NCBI RefSeq assembly: GCF_009914755.1
Contig: NC_060948.1
DNA: 64,000 bases
DNA from: the human T2T-CHM13v2.0 reference genome, Homo sapiens
Direction: 5' to 3' (one strand)
Positions 1 to 10,607 of the stretch are shown here, piece by piece. Numbering within the stretch: position 1 is the first letter of the stretch; every line of letters begins with the position of its first letter. A model generated the notes under the pieces. It was given only the letters and a program-made list of their open reading frames with translations. It did no database searches and was not told where the DNA came from. The translations under genes were made by a program, and so were the position numbers.

Positions 1-100
1 CGAATGGCATCGAATGGAATGGAATGGAATGCAATGGAATGGAATGTATTAGAATGTAATGAACTTTAATGGAATGTACTCGAATGGATTCGACTGGAAT

Positions 101-115
101 GGAATGTTCTGGAAG
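101..115. promoter_or_regulatory. Consensus heat-shock element nGAAnnTTCnnGAAn (HSE-1), repeated at the same position in every unit
   Basis: gGAAtgTTCtgGAAg. The motif match is seen directly; function is inferred. Confidence 0.55.
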
Positions 116-380
116 TGAATGGACTCCAATGGAATGGATTCCAAAGGAATGGAATCGTACGGAATGGAATCTAATGGAATGGAATTAAATGGAAATGAAT
201 CAAATTGAATAGCACGGAATTGAATTGAATGGAATGGAATGCAATGGAATCTAATGAAACGGAAAGGAAAGGAATGGAATGGAATGGAATGGGCTGGAAT
301 GGAAAGGAATCGAAACGAATGGAATTAAATCGAACTGAAGAGACTGGAATGGAATGCACTGGAATGGAAGGGAGTGTAAT

Positions 381-395
381 GGAAGGTTCTCGAAA
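381..395. promoter_or_regulatory. Consensus heat-shock element (HSE-2), repeated in every complete unit
   Basis: gGAAggTTCtcGAAa. The motif match is seen directly; function is inferred. Confidence 0.55.
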
Positions 396-1406
396 AAAAT
401 GGAATCGAATGGAATGGAATTGAATGGAACGGAATAGAGTCGAATGGAATTGAATGGAATGGAATGGACTAGAGTGAAATGGAATCGAACCACAAGGAAT
501 GGACAGGAATAGAATGGTCTCGAATTGAATGGAATCGTATGGAATGGCATCAAACGGAATGGAATGGACAGCCACGGAATGGAATGCACTCGAATGCAAT
601 GGAGTCGAAACTAATGGACTGGAATAGAATGGACTCGACTGGTACGGACTCCAATGGAAGGGAATCGAATGGAAGGGAATCGAACGGAATGGACTCGAAG
701 GGAAAAGACTGCAATGGAAAGGCCTCGAATGGAATGGAAATTAATGGAATGGAATGGAATCGAATGAAATGGAGTCAAAAGGAATGGAATCGAATGGCAA
801 GAAATCGAATGTAATGGAATCGCAAGGAATTGATGTGAACGGAACGGAATGGAATGGAATCCAAAGGAATGGAATAGAATGGAATGGAATCGAATGGAAA
901 GGACTCGAATGGAAATCACTCGAATAGAATGCAACTTAATAAAATAGGATCAAATGTAATGGAATGGAATGGAAAGGAATCGAAACGAAAGGAATGGAGA
1001 CAGATGGAATGGAATAGAACAGAGAGCAATGGTATAGAATGGAAAGGAATCATCTGGAATGGAATTGAATGGAATGGAATAATATGAAATGGAATGGAAT
1101 GGAATGGAATGGAATGCCCTTGAATTAAATGGACTGGAATGGAATGGACTCGAACAGAGTGGAATGGAAAGTGTTGAGATAGAATGGAATGGACTCGTTT
1201 GGAATGGTCTAGTATGCAATGCAATCGACTGGCAGGGAATCAAAAGGAATGTAATCGAATGGATTGGACTGGAATGCAATGGACTCGAATAGATTGCAAA
1301 CGGAATGCAAAGGAATGGAATGGAATAGTATGGAATGGAATGGAAAGGAATGGAGTGGAATAGACTAGAGTGGAATGGAATGGACTGGAAAGCAATGGAC
1401 TGGAAT

Positions 1407-1421
1407 GGAACTTTCTTGAAT
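1407..1421. promoter_or_regulatory. Consensus heat-shock element (HSE-3), intact in 11 units and TTC>TTA in 7
   Basis: gGAActTTCttGAAt in units 1, 4-11, 13 and 18; gGAActTTAttGAAt in units 2, 3, 12 and 14-17. Confidence 0.5.
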
Positions 1422-3205
1422 GGACTGGAATCAAACGGAATGGAATGCAATGCAATCAAATGGCATGGAATAAAATAGAATGAAAGAGAATCAAATGGAA
1501 TTGAATCGAATGGAATCGAATGGATTGGAAAGGAATAGAATGGAATGGAATGGAATGGACTAGAATGGAATGGATTCGAATGGAAGGCAAAGGAATGGAA
1601 TCTATTGGAATGGACTGTAATGGAATGGAATGGAAGGGATTGGAATGGACTCGAATGGAATGGACTGCAATAGAAAGGATTCGAATGGAATGAAAAAGAA
1701 TTGAATGGAATAGAACAGAATGGAATCAAATCGAATGAAATGGAATGGAATAGAAAGGAATGGAATGAAATGGAATGGAAAGGATTCGAATGGAATGCAA
1801 TCGAATGGAATGGAATCGAACGGAATGGAATAAAATGGAAGAAAACTGGCAAGAAATGGAATCGAAATGAATGGAGTGTTATGGAACGGACTCAAAAGGA
1901 ATTGAATGTAATAGAATGGAGTGGAGTGGACTCGAATATAATGGACTGGAATGGAATGAAATCACATGGAATGGGAACGAATGGAATGGAATGGAAAGGA
2001 ATGGAATCGAATGGAAAGGAATCGAATGGAAGGGAATGAAATTGAATCAACAGGAATGGAAGGGAATAGAATAGACGGTAATGGAATGGACTCGAATAGA
2101 ATGGACACGAATGCTCAAATTGAATGGACTCGAATGGAATGGAAACGAAAGGAATGTCATCGAATGGAATTGAATCGATTGGAATGAAATCGCATAGAAT
2201 GGAGTGGAATCAAATGGAATTGAATCGAAAGGAAAGGAAGCGAATGGACTGAAATGAAATGGAATGGAATTGAATGGAAAGTAATGCAATGGAATAGAAT
2301 GGAACGAAATTTCACGGAATGGAATCAAACTGAATGGAATCAAACCAATGGAATCAAATCAAATGGAATGGAAAGGAATTGAATGGAGTAGATTGGATTG
2401 GATGGGATTGGAATGAAATGTACTGGAAAGGACTCGAATTTCATGAAACGGAATGGAATGAATTGGAACGGAACGGACTCGAATGGAATGGAATGTCATG
2501 GAATGGCATCAAATGGAATGGAATCGAATGCAATGGAATGCTATGGAATGGAATGGAATGCATTTTAATGGAATGTCCTCTAATGGAATGGATTCGAGTG
2601 GAATGGAATCGAATATAATGGAGTCGAATGAAATGGAATTGAAAGGAATGGGATCGAATACAATGGAATATACTGGAATGTAATGTAATGAACTCGAATG
2701 TAATTGACTGGAATGGAATGTACATGAATGGAATGTAATCGAATGGAAAGTAATCCAATGGAATAGAATCTAATGCAATAAAATCGACTCAGATAGAGTA
2801 GAATGTAATGGAATGGAGTGCAGTGCAATGGAATGGAATGGAATGCAATGGAATGGAATGGAATGGAATGGAATGGAATGGAATGGAATGGTGTGGAATG
2901 GATAGTAATGGACTGGAGTGAAATGGACTGGAAAGGAATGGACTCAAATTGAATGGGCTCGAAAGGAATGGAGTCAAATGGAATGGTCTGGAATGGAATG
3001 AACACGAATGTAATGCAATCCAATAGAATGGAATCGAATGGCATGGAATATAAAGAAATGGAATCGAAGAGAATGGAAACAAATGGAATGGAATTGAATG
3101 GAATGGAATTGAATGGAATGGGAAGGAATGGAGTGAAATTGTATGCAGTAGAAGAGAATAGAATGGAATGCAAGTGAAAGGAAAGGAATGGATTGGAATG
3201 GAATG

Positions 3206-3249
3206 GAATTCATTGGAATGGAAGGGAATGTAGTGTAATGGACAGGCCT
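3206..3249. other. Conserved once-per-unit EcoRI (GAATTC, 3206) and StuI/HaeIII (AGGCCT, 3244) sites
   Basis: Both are seen at the equivalent position of each complete unit, consistent with the classical unit-length restriction fragments of DYZ1. Confidence 0.85.
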
Positions 3250-3519
3250 GGAATAAAGTGGAATGCTACGGTCTCGAATGGTATAAAAATGTATGGAATG
3301 GAATGCAATGAAACGGAATCGAATGTCATAGAATGTAATGGAATGCAAAAAAATGGAATCCAAAATCATTGACTGGAAAGGCTGGGTGTCGAAAGGAATT
3401 GACTCCAATGGAATGGAATCGAATGGAATGGAAGTGAATAGAATCGAACTAAATCGAATGGAATGGAATTGATAGGAACGGAATGGAAAGGAATGCAATG
3501 ATTTGGCATGGAATGCAAT

Positions 3520-6500
3520 CGAATGGCATCGAATGGAATGGAATGGAATGCAATGGAATGGAATGTATTAGAATGTAATGAACTTTAATGGAATGTACTC
3601 GAATGGATTCGACTGGAATGGAATGTTCTGGAAGTGAATGGACTCCAATGGAATGGATTCCAAAGGAATGGAATCGTACGGAATGGAATCTAATGGAATG
3701 GAATTAAATGGAAATGAATCAAATTGAATAGCACGGAATTGAATTGAATGGAATGGAATGCAATGGAATCTAATGAAACGGAAAGGAAAGGAATGGAATG
3801 GAATGGAATGGGCTGGAATGGAAAGGAATCGAAACGAATGCAATGGAATCGAACTGAAGAGACTGGAATGGAATGCACTGGAATGGAAGGGAGTGTAATG
3901 GAAGGTTCTCGAAAAAAATGGAATGGAATGGAATGGAATTGAATGGAACGGAATAGAGTCGAATGGAATTGAATGGAATGGAATGGACTAGAGTGAAATG
4001 GAATCGAACCACAAGGAATGGACAGGAATAGAATGGTCTCGAATTGAATGGAATCGTATGGAATGGCATCAAACGGAATGGAATGGACAGCCACGGAATG
4101 GAATGCACTCGAATGCAATGGAGTCGAAACTAATGGACTGGAATAGAATGGACTCGACTGGTACGGACTCCAATGGAATGGAATCGAATGGAAGGGAATC
4201 GAACGGAATGGACTCGAAGGGAAAAGACTGCAATGGAAAGGTCTCGAATGGAATGGAAATTAATGGAATGGAATGGAATCGAATGAAATGGAGTCAAAAG
4301 GAATGGAATCGAATGGCAAGAAATCGAATGTAATGGAATCGCAAGGAATTGATGTGAACGGAACGGAATGGAATGGAATCCAAAGGAATGGAATAGAATG
4401 GAATGGAATCGAATGGAAAGGACTCGAATGGAAATCACTCGAATAGAATGCAATTTAATAAAATAGGATCAAATGTAATGGAATGGAATGGAAAGGAATC
4501 GAAACGAAAGGAATGGAGACAGATGGAATGGAATGGAACAGAGAGCAATGGTATAGAATGGAATGGAATCATCTGGAATGGAATTGAATGGAATGGAATA
4601 ATATGAAATGGAATGGAATGGAATGGAATGCCCTTGAATTAAATGGACTGGAATGGAATGGACTCGAACAGAGTGGAATGGAAAGTGTTGAGATAGAATG
4701 GAATGGACTCGTTTGGAATGGTCTAGTAGGCAATGCAATCGACTGGCAGGGAATCAAAAGGAATGTAATGGAATGGATTGGACTGGAATGCAATGGACTC
4801 GAATAGATTGGAAACGGAATGCAAAGGAATGGAATGGAATAGTATGGAATGGAATGGAAAGGAATGCAGTGGAATAGACTAGAGTGGAATGGAATGGACT
4901 GGAAAGCAATGGACTGGAATGGAACTTTATTGAATGGACTGGAATCAAACGGAATGGAATGCAATGCAATCAAATGGCATGGAATAAAATAGAATGAAAG
5001 AGAATCAAATGGAATTGAATCGAATGGAATCGAATGGATTGGAAAGGAATAGAATGGAATGGAATGGAATTGACTCAAATGGAATGGACTAGAATGGAAT
5101 GGATTCGAATGGAAGGCAAAGGAATGGAATCTATTGGAATGGACTGTAATGGAATGGAATGGAAGGGATTGGAATGGACTCGAATGGAATGGACTGCAAT
5201 AGAAAGGATTCGAATGGAATGAAAAAGAATTGAATGGAATAGAACAGAATGGAATCAAATCGAATGAAATGGAATGGAATAGAAAGGAATGGAATGAAAT
5301 GGAATGGAAAGGATTCGAATGGAATGCAATCGAATGGAATGGAATCGAACGGAATGGAATAAAATGGAAGAAAACTGGCAAGAAATGGAATCGAAATGAA
5401 TGGAGTGTTATGGAACGGACTCAAAAGGAATTGAATGTAATAGAATGGAGTGGAGTGGACTCGAATATAATGGACTGGAATGGAATGAAATCACATGGAA
5501 TGGGAACGAATGGAATGGAATGGAAAGGAATGGAATCGAATGGAAAGGAATCGAATGGAAGGGAATGAAATTGAATCAACAGGAATGGAAGGGAATAGAA
5601 TAGACGGTAATGGAATGGACTCGAATAGAATGGACACGAATGCTCAAATTGAATGGACTCGAATGGAATGGAAACGAAAGGAATGTCATCGAATGGAATT
5701 GAATCGATTGGAATGAAATCGCATAGAATGGAGTGGAATCAAATGGAATTGAATCGAAAGGAAAGGAAGCGAATGGACTGAAATGAAATGGAATGGAATT
5801 GAATGGAAAGTAATGCAATGGAATAGAATGGAACGAAATTTCACGGAATGGAATCAAACTGAATGGAATCAAACCAATGGAATCAAATCAAATGGAATGG
5901 AAAGGAATTGAATGGAGTAGATTGGATTGGATGGGATTGGAATGAAATGTACTGGAAAGGACTCGAATTTCATGAAACGGAATGGAATGAATTGGAACGG
6001 AACGGACTCGAATGGAATGGAATGTCATGGAATGGCATCAAATGGAATGGCATCAAATGGAATGGAATCGAATGCAATGGAATGCTATGGAATGGAATGG
6101 AATGCATTTTAATGGAATGTCCTCTAATGGAATGGATTCGAGTGGAATGGAATCGAATATAATGGAGTCGAATGAAATGGAATTGAAAGGAATGGGATCG
6201 AATACAATGGAATATACTGGAATGTAATGTAATGAACTCGAATGTAATTGACTGGAATGGAATGTACATGAATGGAATGTAATCGAATGGAAAGTAATCC
6301 AATGGAATAGAATCTAATGCAATAAAATCGACTCAGATAGAGTAGAATGTAATGGAATGGAGTGCAGTGCAATGGAATGGAATGGAATGCAATGGAATGG
6401 AATGGAATGGAATGGAATGGAATGGAATGGAATGGTGTGGAATGGATAGTAATGGACTGGAGTGAAATGGACTGGAAAGGAATGGACTCAAATTGAATGG

Positions 6501-7063
6501 GCTCGAAAGGAATGGAGTCAAATGGAATGGTCTGGAATGGAATGAACACGAATGTAATGCAATCCAATAGAATGGAATCGAATGGCATGGAATATAAAGA
6601 AATGGAATCGAAGAGAATGGAAACAAATGGAATGGAATTGAATGGAATGGAATTGAATGGAATGGGAAGGAATGGAGTGAAATTGTATGCAGTAGAAGAG
6701 AATAGAATGGAATGCAAGTGAAAGGAAAGGAATGGATTGGAATGGAATGGAATTCATTGGAATGGAAGGGAATGTAGTGTAATGGACAGGCCTGGAATAA
6801 AGTGGAATGCTACGGTCTCGAATGGTATAAAAATGTATGGAATGGAATGCAATGAAACGGAATCGAATGTCATAGAATGTAATGGAATGCAAAAAAATGG
6901 AATCCAAAATCATTGACTGGAAAGGCTGGGTGTCGAAAGGAATTGACTCCAATGGAATGGAATCGAATGGAATGGAAGTGAATAGAATCGAACTAAATCG
7001 AATGGAATGGAATTGATAGGAACGGAATGGAAAGGAATGCAATGATTTGGCATGGAATGGAAT
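3520..7063 (+). repeat. Unit 2 (3544 bp), sub-family A
   Basis: Offset 3690->7234. Markers AGTAGGC, GCAGTGG, CTTTATT, CAAACCAAT, CATTTTAAT. Confidence 0.9.
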
Positions 7064-10000
7064 CGAATGGCATCGAATGGAATGGAATGGAATGCAATGG
7101 AATGGAATGTATTAGAATGTAATGAACTTTAATGGAATGTACTCGAATGGATTCGACTGGAATGGAATGTTCTGGAAGTGAATGGACTCCAATGGAATGG
7201 ATTCCAAAGGAATGGAATCGTACGGAATGGAATCTAATGGAATGGAATTAAATGGAAATGAATCAAATTGAATAGCACGGAATTGAATTGAATGGAATGG
7301 AATGCAATGGAATCTAATGAAACGGAAAGGAAAGGAATGGAATGGAATGGAATGGGCTGGAATGGAAAGGAATCGAAACGAATGCAATGGAATCGAACTG
7401 AAGAGACTGGAATGGAATGCACTGGAATGGAAGGGAGTGTAATGGAAGGTTCTCGAAAAAAATGGAATGGAATGGAATGGAATTGAATGGAACGGAATAG
7501 AGTCGAATGGAATTGAATGGAATGGAATGGACTAGAGTGAAATGGAATCGAACCACAAGGAATGGACAGGAATAGAATGGTCTCGAATTGAATGGAATCG
7601 TATGGAATGGCATCAAACGGAATGGAATGGACAGCCACGGAATGGAATGCACTCGAATGCAATGGAGTCGAAACTAATGGACTGGAATAGAATGGACTCG
7701 ACTGGTACGGACTCCAATGGAATGGAATCGAATGGAAGGGAATCGAACGGAATGGACTCGAAGGGAAAAGACTGCAATGGAAAGGTCTCGAATGGAATGG
7801 AAATTAATGGAATGGAATGGAATCGAATGAAATGGAGTCAAAAGGAATGGAATCGAATGGCAAGAAATCGAATGTAATGGAATCGCAAGGAATTGATGTG
7901 AACGGAACGGAATGGAATGGAATCCAAAGGAATGGAATAGAATGGAATGGAATCGAATGGAAAGGACTCGAATGGAAATCACTCGAATAGAATGCAATTT
8001 AATAAAATAGGATCAAATGTAATGGAATGGAATGGAAAGGAATCGAAACGAAAGGAATGGAGACAGATGGAATGGAATGGAACAGAGAGCAATGGTATAG
8101 AATGGAATGGAATCATCTGGAATGGAATTGAATGGAATGGAATAATATGAAATGGAATGGAATGGAATGGAATGCCCTTGAATTAAATGGACTGGAATGG
8201 AATGGACTCGAACAGAGTGGAATGGAAAGTGTTGAGATAGAATGGAATGGACTCGTTTGGAATGGTCTAGTAGGCAATGCAATCGACTGGCAGGGAATCA
8301 AAAGGAATGTAATGGAATGGATTGGACTGGAATGCAATGGACTCGAATAGATTGGAAACGGAATGCAAAGGAATGGAATGGAATAGTATGGAATGGAATG
8401 GAAAGGAATGCAGTGGAATAGACTAGAGTGGAATGGAATGGACTGGAAAGCAATGGACTGGAATGGAACTTTATTGAATGGACTGGAATCAAACGGAATG
8501 GAATGCAATGCAATCAAATGGCATGGAATAAAATAGAATGAAAGAGAATCAAATGGAATTGAATCGAATGGAATCGAATGGATTGGAAAGGAATAGAATG
8601 GAATGGAATGGAATTGACTCAAATGGAATGGACTAGAATGGAATGGATTCGAATGGAAGGCAAAGGAATGGAATCTATTGGAATGGACTGTAATGGAATG
8701 GAATGGAAGGGATTGGAATGGACTCGAATGGAATGGACTGCAATAGAAAGGATTCGAATGGAATGAAAAAGAATTGAATGGAATAGAACAGAATGGAATC
8801 AAATCGAATGAAATGGAATGGAATAGAAAGGAATGGAATGAAATGGAATGGAAAGGATTCGAATGGAATGCAATCGAATGGAATGGAATCGAACGGAATG
8901 GAATAAAATGGAAGAAAACTGGCAAGAAATGGAATCGAAATGAATGGAGTGTTATGGAACGGACTCAAAAGGAATTGAATGTAATAGAATGGAGTGGAGT
9001 GGACTCGAATATAATGGACTGGAATGGAATGAAATCACATGGAATGGGAACGAATGGAATGGAATGGAAAGGAATGGAATCGAATGGAAAGGAATCGAAT
9101 GGAAGGGAATGAAATTGAATCAACAGGAATGGAAGGGAATAGAATAGACGGTAATGGAATGGACTCGAATAGAATGGACACGAATGCTCAAATTGAATGG
9201 ACTCGAATGGAATGGAAACGAAAGGAATGTCATCGAATGGAATTGAATCGATTGGAATGAAATCGCATAGAATGGAGTGGAATCAAATGGAATTGAATCG
9301 AAAGGAAAGGAAGCGAATGGACTGAAATGAAATGGAATGGAATTGAATGGAAAGTAATGCAATGGAATAGAATGGAACGAAATTTCACGGAATGGAATCA
9401 AACTGAATGGAATCAAACCAATGGAATCAAATCAAATGGAATGGAAAGGAATTGAATGGAGTAGATTGGATTGGATGGGATTGGAATGAAATGTACTGGA
9501 AAGGACTCGAATTTCATGAAACGGAATGGAATGAATTGGAACGGAACGGACTCGAATGGAATGGAATGTCATGGAATGGCATCAAATGGAATGGCATCAA
9601 ATGGAATGGAATCGAATGCAATGGAATGCTATGGAATGGAATGGAATGCATTTTAATGGAATGTCCTCTAATGGAATGGATTCGAGTGGAATGGAATCGA
9701 ATATAATGGAGTCGAATGAAATGGAATTGAAAGGAATGGGATCGAATACAATGGAATATACTGGAATGTAATGTAATGAACTCGAATGTAATTGACTGGA
9801 ATGGAATGTACATGAATGGAATGTAATCGAATGGAAAGTAATCCAATGGAATAGAATCTAATGCAATAAAATCGACTCAGATAGAGTAGAATGTAATGGA
9901 ATGGAGTGCAGTGCAATGGAATCGAATGGAATGGAATGCAATGGAATGGAATGGAATGGAATGGAATGGAATGGAATGGTGTGGAATGGATAGTAATGGA

Positions 10001-10607
10001 CTGGAGTGAAATGGACTGGAAAGGAATGGACTCAAATTGAATGGGCTCGAAAGGAATGGAGTCAAATGGAATGGTCTGGAATGGAATGAACACGAATGTA
10101 ATGCAATCCAATAGAATGGAATCGAATGGCATGGAATATAAAGAAATGGAATCGAAGAGAATGGAAACAAATGGAATGGAATTGAGTGGAATGGAATTGA
10201 ATGGAATGGGAACGAATGGAGTGAAATTGTATGCAGTAGAAGAGAATAGAATGGAATGCAAGCGAAAGGAAAGGAATGGATTGGAATGGAATGGAATTCA
10301 TTGGAATGGAAGGGAATGTAGTGTAATGGACAGGCCTGGAATAAAGTGGAATGCTACGGTCTCGAATGGAATAAAAATGTATGGAATGGAATGCAATGAA
10401 ACGGAATCGAATGTCATAGAATGTAATGGAATGCAAAAAAATGGAATCCAAAATCATTGACTGGAAAGGCTGGGTGTCGAAAGGAATTGACTCCAATGGA
10501 ATGGAATCGAATGGAATGGAAGTGAATAGAATCGAACTAAATCGAATGGAATGGAATTGATAGCAACGGAATGGAAAGGAATGCAATGATTTGGCATGGA
10601 ATGGAAT
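7064..10607 (+). repeat. Unit 3 (3544 bp), sub-family A with variant 3' part
   Basis: Offset 7234->10778. A markers, then TGAGTGG (~10183) and GATAGCAAC (~10559). Confidence 0.9.

Larger units (their letters stand above)
1..3519 (+). repeat. Unit 1 (3519 bp; unit origin set arbitrarily at the window start, CGAATGGCATCGAA)
   Basis: Landmark ORF offset 171->3690. Two 15-bp deletions (~1555, ~2510) and an extra GGCC at 721. Confidence 0.9.

Noticed and set aside
2300-2450. Additional HSE-like motifs CGAAATTTCACGGAA and CGAATTTCATGAAA
   Set aside because: Each has only two correctly spaced boxes; the third is mismatched or off by one base.
936-3260. Several AATAAA polyadenylation-like hexamers per unit
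   Set aside because: They arise trivially from NNAAT followed by an AAA pentamer variant, and I have no transcript evidence.
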